A stretch of DNA of 63,969 bases, filler included, from Rhabdomonas costata (lineage: Eukaryota): the NCBI GenBank assembly GCA_019059605.1. It is 45 parts of 45 records of this genome, joined end to end, with 100 filler letters (N's around TTAATTAATTAA, not from the genome) between each part and the next. Parts side by side here need not be neighbours in the genome. Positions count along the whole stretch, not along the records: positions 1 to 1,325 come from JAHMHO010019372.1; positions 1,426 to 2,765 come from JAHMHO010019373.1; positions 2,866 to 4,190 come from JAHMHO010019374.1; positions 4,291 to 5,610 come from JAHMHO010019375.1; positions 5,711 to 7,034 come from JAHMHO010019376.1; positions 7,135 to 8,458 come from JAHMHO010019377.1; positions 8,559 to 9,882 come from JAHMHO010019378.1; positions 9,983 to 11,306 come from JAHMHO010019379.1; 37 more parts are not named here. One strand, written 5' to 3'. Numbering within the stretch: position 1 is the first letter of the stretch; every line of letters starts with the position of its first letter. Shown here piece by piece: positions 1 through 11,820 of this stretch. The translations under genes and the position numbers were made by a program. The notes under the pieces were generated by a model. The model was not told the origin of the DNA. It made no database searches and was given only the letters and a program-made list of their open reading frames with translations.

Positions 1-1325
1 GGGGGTTTGGTACATTCCTTCCTAAGCCTTGATTGTCCGTGTTAACGCGCCGTTTCCATTCTCTCTAGGGCGCAAGGTTCTGGACAACATGCCCCCCACC
101 AAAACAGCCAAACCAAAGAGTTGCTTTCTCACACGCTTGGCAAGGCCTGGGAGGGCCTTGATTATTGTACAACACATTTACAACCATGGCAGGTGTCAAT
201 GAGACACCCACAACATCTCACACTCACTTTCCCTTCACTTGATGTGTCGCCCGGACGACATTTGGCAGGCCGCTTGTACTGCGCTTCCACCGCTCGATGT
301 AAATTCACGCCATCCAGGTCCACTGTGATGGATCTGTACTGGCTGTATTGCTAACGGCTGCAAAACAGCTTCCCTCAAAAGTTCTGTGTGGAGCTGGACA
401 TATTACCGGAGGCGACGGTCCTCCACAGGCGGCTGCACGCCCAGGCGATTGCCCGTGGACGCGGATGATGGGCGCCAGGTGGCCAATGTGCGGCTCGAGG
501 CCTCGAGTCAAGACCAGGAGTGCCAATAACAAGTCGATGGTGCTGGTGCGGATGGAGTGAGACTCTCCGGTGTGACCTTTGCAGCTGGAGGTGGAGATGT
601 TCTCCACCAATCGCATCCCCCGGCTGTGGCGGCCTTTTGCCTGGCCACTTACCCACTTTCCTGCACCAATGGATTCACAGGACTGCGGACCAGAATTTGG
701 GCCCAACGCTTCCCGAACGCCGGAGATACGCGCTAGGAGCTGACGGGTATTACCTTGGTATACCTTGATTACTCTCAGACTTTCGCGGTGCGTGGCGGGG
801 TCCTTCGCGACTCCCGCCGTTCACTCGATAACCTGAATGTTTTGGTGCTTTCTTCTTCTTCTGGGTGCCCGGGCGAATCGGCTTTGTGTTGGCTGCCATT
901 CCGCGTTGGTGGCGTGCTTTCGACGGCATGATGCCTTTCATGTGCTTTGCAATGCCGGTTATAACAAACGCACACCCTCCCTGGTGTGAGTGTGCCCTTT
1001 TGGCATTACACAGCTTTCCCACATCAATGTGCGTATGAGCCAGGCGAGAACAGCAGCGGAGAACAACATTACGAATCAAGGCGGATTCTAGCCAAACAAA
1101 GCCCGATGATAAAAAGCCCAACTGCCCAAACCTTCACAAACGTCTCGCCCGGCACACTACGAATCACAACCCAAGTAACCAAACCCCCCCTCCAAAAAAG
1201 TGCGAAAAAAGACCTTTTCAAACGCACTACCCTTCATACCATTGCATTGCGCAATTTTCAGTTTCCTAATACAAAACGTCAGGTCAAAAAGCAAAAAAAA
1301 AAACTTCCAAAGCTCCTTTTGATTC

Positions 1326-1425
1326 NNNNNNNNNNNNNNNNNNNNNNNNNNNNNNNNNNNNNNNNNNNNTTAATTAATTAANNNNNNNNNNNNNNNNNNN
1401 NNNNNNNNNNNNNNNNNNNNNNNNN
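1326..1425. other. Artificial contig spacer (N44-TTAATTAATTAA-N44); recurs about every 1.42 kb throughout the window
   Basis: Identical 100-nt spacer with six-frame stops between every ~1.32-1.34 kb segment; sequences on either side are unrelated. Confidence 0.98.
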
Positions 1426-1671
1426 GTGTGTGGTGGTCAAGGCTACTACACAGAGGGTGAGGATGCCCAACGGTGTGAAGCCTGATGTTGGAGTGATGCG
1501 AAGTGGAGGGCGCCGATCCCGACATGTAGGTTGATGCCTTCCTCAGTGTTAGCACTCACAGCATCCAACCACCAACGTGTAGGGAGAGGCCTTGAGTGTC
1601 GAAGGTGAGACGTAAGGGAGGTATGGGATGCAAGGTTCGCTCCACCACCCTAAGGATGGTTACGCTCACTG

Positions 1672-2205
1672 GGTCACACTCGCTCCTTGCTACGCAATGT
1701 CGCTCCTGTTCCTTCTGTGTTGATGTTGGTTCTGTCGGTCACAATCGCTACGCTCATGTTCCCTCCTCTCTTGGTCGTCACAATCGCTACGCTCATGTTC
1801 CTCCTGTTATAGTCGTCACACTCGTCGCTACGCTCCTCCTGTTCCTCCGGCTCACAATCGACTCTCACTTCGCTACGCTTCGTTCGTGTCTCATGTTCCC
1901 AATGGCTGTATTCTGGTCGTCGTCACTCACTGCGTTCGTTCCTCCTCCTTGGTCGCTGCGTCACTCGTCACTGCGTTCCTCGTTCCTTGCTCCTGACGTC
2001 GACATTCATTCTCGCTGCGCTCGAAATCATGTCTCCTCTGCATACGTTCTTTCGATCACGGTTCACACTCGACATTCCCTACGCGATGCTCCGGTCATGT
2101 CTCCTGTTCACATCAAGGGCTTTATTCTGGTCTCTGTCACACACTCGCATCAGCTCGTTCGTTCCTTGGTCGCTCATTCGCATCAGCTCATTCGCTCCTG
2201 ACGTC
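1672..2205. repeat. Degenerate pyrimidine-rich minisatellite-like array
   Basis: GTCACAATCGCTACGCTCATGTTCC at ~1738 and ~1777, with diverged copies at ~1673, 1812 and 1851; TCGCATCAGCTCRTTC twice at ~2145 and ~2178. Confidence 0.7.
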
Positions 2206-2895
2206 AGGATTCTCGGGTCCTCGAATCCTTCCTCAACTGGTGGTTCGTTCCACCGGCATAAGGCGCTTCCACTCACAACCCCAACTCAGGAACCCGAAGA
2301 GGAAGAAGAAAGAGTCCTGGTCGCAACCGTGGGCAACCGTGAACAACAGGGGAGGCGAAAAGAGACTGCTGACTGATTTGTTAGACTTACAGCAAATGAG
2401 CAGGCTGACATACGGACGGATGTGGCGTGCTGTGTTCGTAACAACAACGATCATTGTGAAGCTGGAGTCTGCAGCGAGCCCTTTCAAAAGGAACTCAGGT
2501 GCGCGAATACTAACGAAATGCTGATAAAACCGGGGACACCCACTCACGCTGCTCAGCTGTCGCTCAAGGAGCAAAGACAGTGATAGAATAAGCACACCCA
2601 CACAGAATTTGAAACCAAAACAACACACTTGTGGCAGCAGGAGGGGGATGGAGAACAATTCTGTACAAAAACCAGGGACGAGAATGGCTCGCCTTCCGTT
2701 TCCGTAATCTTTTGGTTCTGTAGATTTGGGATGGTGCTCATTTTCAAAAGAGCACCACCCCAACCNNNNNNNNNNNNNNNNNNNNNNNNNNNNNNNNNNN
2801 NNNNNNNNNTTAATTAATTAANNNNNNNNNNNNNNNNNNNNNNNNNNNNNNNNNNNNNNNNNNNNGTGTTGGGTGTGGTTGGTTGGTTGGGGAAC

Positions 2896-3861
2896 CTGAA
2901 AGGCTGTAGTCGCTGCGGGGTAGTCTCGGCTCAGCTTGTCAGGGTGGATCATTAGGGAGAGCTTGAGGTAGGCCTTCCGGAGAGGGCCCACGGGGCTGCT
3001 CGCGCTAACGTCGTCGCCGAGCAGCCGCAGAATCTCTACGTATTTGGCCCCCTCTGCCAACCGGATGACCTGGTGTGACGTATGCAAACGAGGAAAAATG
3101 AGGAGCAAAGAACGGCGGATGAGAAAGAAGGAGTGACAGGCTTCCCTCTTTCTCATGGCTTTCACACCAATGCAGAGGCAGGAATGCCACACTGAAAGAA
3201 AGGTAGTTCGGCGTCGGGGATTCATGTGCCCTGAATCCGCGTGTCTCTGCTTTGCTAACTGTCCACCGAAGTTCTAACACCATGCCTCCAGCACGGAAAA
3301 TGAAGCAGTGACGCGGCAAGAGGAAGAAAGAGGAGAAGGAAGGTGGGAAAGGGCAACTGTGGGGATATCTCCCCAAAAGGAAAGCAAAGAAAGGGAATGA
3401 AAAGAGAGGGGTAGCGTGACCAGGAAGTGGAGACAGCACTTCTCGGATGGGGAAGGCATAGGGACCCACTGAAGCGTGCGTCAATAACGTGGGGAAAAAG
3501 CTGGCCCTATCACTGAAGTGGTATTCCACTCTGGGTCTTTGTCTTTTGCTACCAGGACTGAGCCGGTTGCCAGCCTTTCAGCGTGAGTTGTGATAGTGAT
3601 GAAGGGAAACTCGGGAACCTAGGGAACCCAGAGGGAGAGGGAGTGTGAGGAGTTGGTGGGGGAAGGTCAAACACACCAAACCTCCTTCGCAACCTGGATG
3701 GCGGTGTGAGGGCTGTCCAGAGAATCCATAGAAAGGCTGCTGCCGCTGCTGCTGCCACCGCTGCTGGTGCTGGTTGCGGCAACCTTTGGGGTTGCCGCGG
3801 TGTTAGTAGGCGGGGGCCGGTTCTCCTTCAAGTGCGGGATAAGCCTCTCAAGGAGCTCATC
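2896..3861 (-). CDS. J-domain (DnaJ-type) protein, partial; exons 3861-3682 and 3069-2896
   Basis: Spliced ...DELLERLIPHL...IQVAKE|VIRLAEGAKYVEILRLLG...LRKAYLKLSLMIHPDKLSRDYPAATTAFQ; HPD motif; phase-0 GT-AG intron. Confidence 0.85.
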
Positions 3862-4324
3862 CTGCCGCAGCACACACGCATGCAACGAACATGCGGAGAA
3901 GGGAAACTTCAACGTCTCGAAGGATACGGGCGGACGAGTATGACAGATTTAGGGAGAAGGCCAGTCCGCAGTCCGCGGAGAGCTTGAATCACTTTTTACA
4001 ATATTCACCCTCGCAGAACACATCACCATGGAGAAGCAAATGCAGGGGTGGAACTATAAGCTCTTTATTACTACCACAGTGTGTAAACGCCACATAGGTA
4101 CAGAGGGTGAGGATAGGTTCTGTCCATTTTATGCCATTGGACGAGAATACTGGCAAGGATGCACAATACTCACTGAAGTAAAAAAACACCNNNNNNNNNN
4201 NNNNNNNNNNNNNNNNNNNNNNNNNNNNNNNNNNTTAATTAATTAANNNNNNNNNNNNNNNNNNNNNNNNNNNNNNNNNNNNNNNNNNNNGGGTGGTGGT
4301 AGCGGCAGCGGGGGGTTCGCCCGC

Positions 4325-5549
4325 TTACGAGGGTAGCCCTGGGTACGTGGGATGGATGTCCACCGGAACGTCTGCCAGGCGGTCGAGGCATTGCTGGACC
4401 TCCGGGGGGATCGCTGCAAACTCCGCCAGAAGGGCCTCGCCGCGGCGCTTGTCGCCCTCTCCTTGCAGCTCAAGGATCTCCCGGGCAAGTGCTTGGACCT
4501 GGGACACAACGCCACCCTGGGCAGAAGAGTTTTGTTCGCGCAGATTACACAACTCAGCCCCAACACGCAAGCGTTTGGACAAGGAAGAATATAGCAATGA
4601 TCATTCACAAGCACATGTCTGCGAGCGTGCCATGCACAGACCACGCCGCGGACAGTTTCAAAGCGCACGCCGAGCTTCTGCTGCTGGGCGTCGAAGTAAA
4701 CTCCGCCATGCTTCAGAAGGTATCCCAGCTGAACCATAAGCCTGAAGCCAAAGCGAGAGGAGGAGGAGGAGGCCCCACATCGGCTCCAATATGACTCAAC
4801 AGATCGAATTTGCTTCACACACTGACGCCATGAATATACTAAATCCACCCGAGTTGCATCAGTAGCATCACACTTGCTAATGCGTCCAGCCAATGCGGAT
4901 AGTCAGTCAATGACAATCAAACCCACCTCACCCACCTCACAAGGAACATGGCCCTAAAAACCAATAAAAACCGACCAGGAAGCCCGCGAAGTGAACCCAC
5001 AGTCTACCCAAAGAAGCCAAAGCAGGCGCCGTGAGCTGCACCGCGAAGTGTACCATTTTCTGTCCCGCACTGTCTAGACTTCCAGCCATGATTTCGGGCA
5101 ACTTTTTGATGTTTCGAGTTTTTGTCGTCGTCTAGCCCACAGTCAGTAGCAAAGACCCAACTGTCCACTTCTCCGACTTTCCTCTCTATCATGGGAGATC
5201 TCTTGTCATAACCGCTGCGTCCGGGCGTTTCGTAATGGTCTGTACTGTGCGTGCGTATGCCCTTGCGCTAGAGGACTGGGGCGTAGAAGATCGCTGTCAT
5301 ATGAATACAAAAAAACAGTCCATAACAAAACGCATGCGCACCCCTTGCCGTGCGACTCCGTGAGCCCAAAGCGGATGCTCCGCAACGCGTGCCCCACAAA
5401 GCTGACGTACATCGGCCTCAGCAAGGTCTGTGGTAGCAGCCCCTTGTCCAGGAGGTAGTGCATCGCCCACAACCCTACAATGTCCGCCTTAGCCTCCTCC
5501 AGCGCGCCGTGGTACTCCTGCAGCTCCCCACGCACCGTCGTGGGCTGCC
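4325..5549 (-). CDS. Peptidase M49 (dipeptidyl-peptidase III; bacterial/plant NUDT3-like type), C-terminal part; exons 5549-5342, 4741-4642, 4498-4325
   Basis: ALEEAKADIVGLW motif, LRSIRFGLTESHGKG, and terminal VPVDIHPTYP; two frame-preserving GT-AG introns; ends at stop 4325. Confidence 0.88.
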
Positions 5550-5811
5550 CTGCACCACCACACCACAAAAAGACGCCCACAACGAAAAATCGAAAGCCAA
5601 GGCCTGAATGNNNNNNNNNNNNNNNNNNNNNNNNNNNNNNNNNNNNNNNNNNNNTTAATTAATTAANNNNNNNNNNNNNNNNNNNNNNNNNNNNNNNNNN
5701 NNNNNNNNNNGTTGTGTGGGCCCTGTTGTGAGTAACTCCAGCTACAGCCTATTCTGGCCCCATTGGATTCATTCAGATTGTATTCCTCACGGTACACGCG
5801 CACACTTTCAG

Positions 5812-7034
5812 GTGCACGCTTTGTTCCGGTTCACGGCGACGGGCTCGAAGACGGCTCTGGACGGGCCGGTACCCCGCCTGCTCGGGGTCAGTGTGAAGCA
5901 GCCCTTCCTGATCTACCAGTGCCCCCCGGAGCAGAACGTGCTGGAGCTGAAGCGCGCCGTGGCGGAGAGCAGCTTTGTGGGGATCCCGATCAGCGAGACC
6001 CCGGCGGGGTACCCGTACTGCAAATTCGTCCTGACGGACTTCGTGCCGCTGATGTCCCCGGAGCTGGTCGAGGACATGGCAGACTCCATCGTGGCCACCT
6101 CAAACATCCGCGAGGCCGACGTGCTGCTGTCGATGAGCGACCGGTAGAGTGTCGCGCGTGCATTTTTTGGCATGGGGTTTCGAGGTCGAGGGAGCAGATT
6201 CCGTCGTAATCTATGCGTCTGGTATTCTTGTATGGCTTCGTGGACAATGCAAAGGGCGGTTTTTGAAACAAGCATTTTGCATTCTGTCGCCATCCCATGC
6301 GGGTGTCGCGGGTGGAAACATGAAAGATTTTTGGCTGCACGGCAGTCGCAAAGGGAATTTTTGGGATTTTTCGCACATCAATGATTCAAAGAGAGAACAG
6401 GCAGAAATATGCTCTGTTTACCATATTTATTGAGGCATATTGGGGTCATCCTTGAAGTCTTGAGAGGTCACGTGTACTTGCCGACAGCTCAATGTGACGT
6501 TGAATAACTCATTTGGTTTTTGGGCATCTCGCGGTCGAGCACTTTTTTGCTTGCTAATTTGCGGCAATTCCCGTTCTGCTATACGACAGAGGAGGTGGTC
6601 CGCTTGCCCACGCCTGCGCTGTCCGACTGGGTCGCCCATACATCCTAGCCGACTGGCACCCAGTCACCGGCGACACTGCGAACGTGCGAACGTTCAAGGC
6701 CCTGGGCACCACCGCTACACTCACTGTGGACGGCCTGGAGCCCGGCAAGAAGGCCTTCGTGCTGGGCGACATGCTCAGCAGTGGGGGTATGTGCTGCAGT
6801 GTGTCAAGCTTCGGCGCCAGGAATCTATGAGCATGGGTTTAATATTTGTTGGTGCTAACCTGGCCCCGCCGGCATCAGCTTAATCCGTGATGGTGTCCGC
6901 TTTCACTTCCTCAGCTTCCCCGCTGACGTTGTGCGAAATCATCCGCGACCTGGGCTGCACCGTGGTGGGCTGCGCGTTTGTCTCGGAGAAAGTCAACCTG
7001 AACGGCCGCAAGCGCCTCCTCAACGCCATTCCAG
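5812..7034 (+). CDS. Type I purine phosphoribosyltransferase domain (archaeal APRT/HPRT-like), partial; exons 5812-6143, 6590-6786, 6915-7034
   Basis: Spliced GYPYCKFVLTDFVPLMSPELVEDMA...RGGGPLAHACAVRLGRPYILA...GLEPGKKAFVLGDMLSSGASPLTLCEIIRDLGCTVVGCAFVSEKVNLNGRKRL; PRPP-loop-like motif; GT-AG introns keep frame. Confidence 0.8.
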
Positions 7035-7146
7035 NNNNNNNNNNNNNNNNNNNNNNNNNNNNNNNNNNNNNNNNNNNNTTAATTAATTAANNNNNNNNNN
7101 NNNNNNNNNNNNNNNNNNNNNNNNNNNNNNNNNNGATTTTGTGGAC

Positions 7147-7979
7147 AGCAGACCGTCTGGATGACGAGGCTCTGAAATGGCAGAGGGGTGGCGCTCCCTC
7201 CTCGGCGAGCCCTCCGCCCGGCGATGATGAGGGGGGCCTGGACTCTTGGGAGGATCTGGACGACACTCCAGCGAATCCTCCGGATGCATCCTGTGCGGAT
7301 GCGACGAGTACTGAGGATGTGCCGGCTCCCATGGCATGTGCGGAGGACCCCCTCTTGGCGGAGCGGGGGCGAGCCTTGCTGAAGGACTTGCAGCGCAGGG
7401 AGCAGACCGCGGAGTGGGAGGAGCATCGAAAGCAGCAATGTGCGCTGCCGATGGAGCGTGAACGGGAAAACATTCTGGTGCGCGCCACACTGGAGGGGGG
7501 GGTGAAAATGAGAAAACACCGCCCGTTTGCATCGTTAGCTCAACAAATGTTGCGTTTCGTGCTGACTCATGCTGCGTTGAGACTCAAAGCCTCCCTTTGT
7601 GGGGTGCCCACAAAAACGGAGAACCCGAGTATTGTTTCTTGTGCACTCAGCGATGCTTTCTCCAACCGGCGGTCTGCTCTTCTGAAGAGACGGCACATTG
7701 AAATTCAATTGCCGTTTGGATTTCCACGAAACATGCTTCGGGGATGCCCGCTGCGGCTTGGTGAGGGGGCAATGTGATTGCTGTTGGCAACGTCGTCCCA
7801 GCGTTTGGACAAGGAATGATGGAAAGGTTGCTCTCTGGAACCGCGCGAGGAAGTGAATTTTGATTGGGCAGAGGCGACGCATTTTTTAGGGTACCTTGTG
7901 CTGAGTCAAGAGGGGGGGCTTTCCAATGCGCAGGAGGCCCTGCGGCAGAACCAGGTGCTGGTCATTCAGAGCGAAACAG
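7147..7979 (+). CDS. Hypothetical protein exons (acidic/coiled-coil), boundaries approximate
   Basis: GC3-rich reading DDEALKW...LLAERGRALLKDLQRREQTAEWEEHRK and a second exon GLSNAQEALRQNQVLVIQSET ending at AG|GTGTGT. Confidence 0.4.
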
Positions 7980-8183
7980 GTGTGTCGCTGTGCGCTCCTC
8001 CTGTTCTCCGCTTGACTGTGTTCAACCCACAACTTATGCACCAAGCCCCAATGTTTGCTCTTTTGCCGCACTCCTCGGGATTGTCAGGTGCATTGCGGAG
8101 GTTTGCTTTTTGTCACACCACAATGTATGATTGCAGAGAAAGTCCTGTTGACAAAACTCAGAGCTGTGAGCCTCACTTTTTCC

Positions 8184-8453
8184 CGGATGGGGTTTGCTAA
8201 GCTGTGTTCCTCTCTACCATCCTTCTCACCATGTTTGCGAAGTATTGACACCCCGTCTGTGAGGGCGTGCCCTATGCTACAGTTGTGTGGCTTTACCTGT
8301 ACCATCAAAGTGCGTCCTTTTGCATCGGGCACGCCCTCACGGATGGGGTTTGCTAAGCTGTGTTCCTCTCTACCATCCTTCTCACCATGTTTGCGAAGTA
8401 TTGACACCCCGTCTGTGAGGGCGTGCCCTATGCTACAGTTGTGTGGCTTTACC
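8184..8453 (+). repeat. 114-bp perfect direct duplication at a contig end
   Basis: 8184-8297 equals 8340-8453; the second copy abuts the contig edge. Confidence 0.9.
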
Positions 8454-8911
8454 CACCCNNNNNNNNNNNNNNNNNNNNNNNNNNNNNNNNNNNNNNNNNN
8501 NNTTAATTAATTAANNNNNNNNNNNNNNNNNNNNNNNNNNNNNNNNNNNNNNNNNNNNGTGTTGGTTTGTCTGAAGCCCTCTTTTGCCTATAACTGATTG
8601 AATCCCTTCCCTGAGACCATGGCACGTTAATGCAACGTGTAGGTGGGTCGGTGTCATCCGATGCTGGTTTCAAGGAAAACACATACGCGGGTGGGGGGCA
8701 TCTCTTATTGTCTGTGGTGCATTTGCTAACCATGTGTCTTCCCTTTTCTGTGTTTCTTTGTTTTTCTACTGCCGTATTTCCGCCGAGAGATTGTATCGAA
8801 TCCATCCCCTTTAGTGAAAGACATCCGCGAACTCCAATAGGAAGCATCTCTTGAAGAGATGGCTCCCAACCCCAGACAGGGTCACTTCTATGATGTGCAT
8901 TCCACCCTCAG

Positions 8912-9882
8912 AGAAGGAGGAGCGCGCCCGGGAGAAGAAAAAACGGGCCGTCCAAGAGTACCGCGAGAAGGTGGCCTTGTCCGAAGAGCAGAGGCTGGAC
9001 GAGAAGCTGGCAAGGGTTAGCCACCCCGTGGAACCCTTTTTCTTGTGTATTGCAACCCTTCTGTTGGCTCTCTGTTTTCGAACTTGAATAGAAATCTGAC
9101 AAAGTCTCCCAGAAGAAGGTCTTGATGCTCCTTCTGACGCTGTTCGCAATGAAGTTTTCCATGGTTTTAATTAGCATTGTCAAGTGAAGCACTGCAGCGC
9201 CTTGGGGAAAGCTCGACGTTCTGACCAGCTGAAATTGGGGAGAAGGTAACTTGGAATTGTGTTGCTCCGGTTGCCCTTTCTTTTATTGTTCCTTCTTTAG
9301 CTCTTAGCTTCTTTTGCTGCAGTGATTTAACAAGGATTATTTCCTGTCTTCGTTCAGGCGAAAGAGGAGGCGGAAAAGCGGCAGCAGAATTCCAGACGGA
9401 CCCCGCCACCTCAGCGAACACCACCACTACCACCACAACCTCCACCACGGCAGGATCCGGGCTCGCTGTCGTCGGCGCGACAAGAGGTGCCGCCATCCGG
9501 TGATGTCGACGGTAGACCTGTCTTGGCAAAGCCTTTGCAAAGTCAGCCGCACGCGGATGGAGCGCAAGAGCGTCCGCCGGTCCTGTCAGATTCCATGCTC
9601 TCGGTTGTTTTGGTGGAGACAAGACCGAGTGATGGCGGTTCCCCAGAAGCCGTGCAAGTTGCCCTTTCTGAGGTTTCATCACTCGAAGCTGGAACTGGAA
9701 GCTTTGGCGCTCCGGTGACAGTGCACCCCTGTGCTAGTCCTACTACTGCTGTGGCGACTGCCGTGCAGACGTTCCCAGATCCAGCAGCTGCACAGAGTAC
9801 AGCACCCTCGAACCCTTCACATGCTTCCCCGGAAGTAAGCGTCAGCTCTGATTTCGGGAAAGCGGAAAAGTCGATACAACCC
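8912..9882 (+). CDS. Hypothetical coiled-coil then Pro/Ser-rich protein exons, partial
   Basis: Exon EKEERAREKKKRAVQEYREKVALSEEQRLDEKLAR flanked by AG/GT; exon from ~9358 (AKEEAEKRQQ...) open to the contig end. Confidence 0.45.
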
Positions 9883-10596
9883 NNNNNNNNNNNNNNNNNN
9901 NNNNNNNNNNNNNNNNNNNNNNNNNNTTAATTAATTAANNNNNNNNNNNNNNNNNNNNNNNNNNNNNNNNNNNNNNNNNNNNGTGGTTTTGTTTTGACGA
10001 GTCCATTGGTATTTTTGAGGATGTTATTATTGAAACTGAAGGAGCTCCGTTCCTGAAGCTGGAAGTGCTGTGGAACATCAGGCGATGCTGCCGCGCCATG
10101 GAACGAAGAAAAGATGAGAGACAGGCAAGGAAAGAATGATTCATTGATGCTCGGAGACGTCTAAGCAATGACGATGCCCAAACGTAATCGCTTTGTTCTT
10201 CACCTTCGGATTTCGACGAGCAGCTGATCTGCAGTGATGAACACGCAATGTCACTTGGCCGTGCCTGCTGTGAAGACTTTGCAGACGATGACGTCGTAAA
10301 CGCTCAGTTGCGATGCTGGACAGTTCAGTGCAATCCTACCCTGAGTGCCTCAAGTGGTACCATTAGGTCTCTGGGTTCGGAGGATTCAGCTCTGCTAACG
10401 TCTTGGAAAAACAAAATTTGCACGCAGCAGCAGGAGTTTTTTACATGCTGAGGCAGTGACAGAATTGAATATTTTGGTCGACCTGGCCAATTTTGTCGTT
10501 GTTGATACCAGCAATGAGAAAGTAGTCCCATTGGTTGCCTTGTCTGCAAACGAGACGGACAAAGGCTCAACCAATGAAGAAAATATCACCAAGTAA

Positions 10597-10755
10597 TTCT
10601 CTTTGAACGAAGGACAGTTGCAAGCTTTCAGTCACGTATCTACCGCGTTTCACGCTGATGTCAGACGTTCTTGCGAGCAATTGCTGATGTTTTTGACTGG
10701 AGCCGGAGGAGCTGTAAAAACGCGCGTGCTTTCTGCAATTAAGTGCATGTTTGTC
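10597..10755 (+). mobile_element. Degenerate PIF1-like helicase N-terminus, probable Helitron-type relic
   Basis: SLNEGQLQAF...QLLMFLTGAGGAVKTRVLSAIKCMF matches the Q-motif plus Walker A (LTGxGGxGKS/T) of PIF1/Helitron helicases; Walker A is mutated and the flanks carry stops. Confidence 0.55.
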
Positions 10756-11406
10756 CGAGATGATGCTTTTTGCATGGCAGCTGCGTTAAAACAATTTCTT
10801 CAGATTCCCTTTCTACAACATGCAAACTTTTGATTTGACAATTGGTTGCCTTTCACCGCGATATCTGAATCAGCACAGATCGTTGACCTGTTACGTCATC
10901 AGCTGCGTGCAAATTGCCGTCTGATCGCTGACTGGATTCACAACTGGTTTCTTTCCAGGTGATTTTTCGCCTGACGTGAACGCTCAGCGCTGCCTCTTTT
11001 TAGGCTACTACGCGAACATTTTACGCCGCACTTCAGGGAATCCTCCATATTATAACGTGTTTGACGACCTCATGACGGCTGAATCTGTCTCCTTCCTCCG
11101 TGGTCTATTGCGCGTCTCCAAACGCGGAAGTTTTGATCGAAGTTGAAGTTGTTACCCTGGTACGTAGAGAGTTGGTCAAAGAGCTACACGGGGACTCTTG
11201 TTTGTCCATGATGAAGCCCTTGGACCGAAGGTGGTTCGAAAAAGGCTTCATCATGGACAAACAAGAGTCCCCGTGTAGCTCTTTGACCAACTCTCTACCC
11301 ACCAACNNNNNNNNNNNNNNNNNNNNNNNNNNNNNNNNNNNNNNNNNNNNTTAATTAATTAANNNNNNNNNNNNNNNNNNNNNNNNNNNNNNNNNNNNNN
11401 NNNNNN

Positions 11407-11820
11407 GTGTTTTTGTTTTTCATTAAATGCTACAATTAAATCAGGATATCGTCTTACAAATATAAGAAGATTATTTTGTAAAAAATCATCAACATATCTG
11501 AACTTTTTACTTTTGAAAAAATCTTTTAGTTCAATATTACAATCTATTTTTACATGTGGAATGATTTTTTCATTTATTATTTCCATTAACTTTGAATACA
11601 TAATTTCAGCTATATCATAATCTCTTGTTATAAAAACAACTTCATATCCGTCCATTATTGGTATAGGTCTACACATATAATACATACATGATTCTAGATC
11701 ATCTGTGACATAACATTTATTTATTTCTAATGGATAACGAGCAAATTTAATACCAGAACAATATTTATTAATTAATTTTTCAATTGATTTAATTTCATCT
11801 TTTTTTATTTTTCTAATCAT
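11407..11820 (-). CDS. AT-rich intronless ORF, GNAT-like fold suspected; 3' end cut by the contig edge
   Basis: MIRKIKKDEIKSIEKLI start and LKDFFKSKKFR segment resemble the first strand/helix and the FYxKxGF motif of GNAT acetyltransferases; no clear acetyl-CoA motif A; extreme AT codon usage. Confidence 0.55.

Noticed and set aside
121..768. IQVHCDGS resembling an RNase H motif of a retroelement
   Set aside because: Single short motif with no supporting conserved residues.
8184..8453. 114-bp direct repeat as LTRs or recombination sites
   Set aside because: Only 42 bp apart, 100% identical and at a contig edge; probably an assembly/amplification duplication or a simple tandem unit.
11164..11298. 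55-bp-arm perfect hairpin as a MITE, Helitron 3' hairpin or ncRNA
   Set aside because: Terminal fold-back like seven others in the window; best explained as an amplification chimera.
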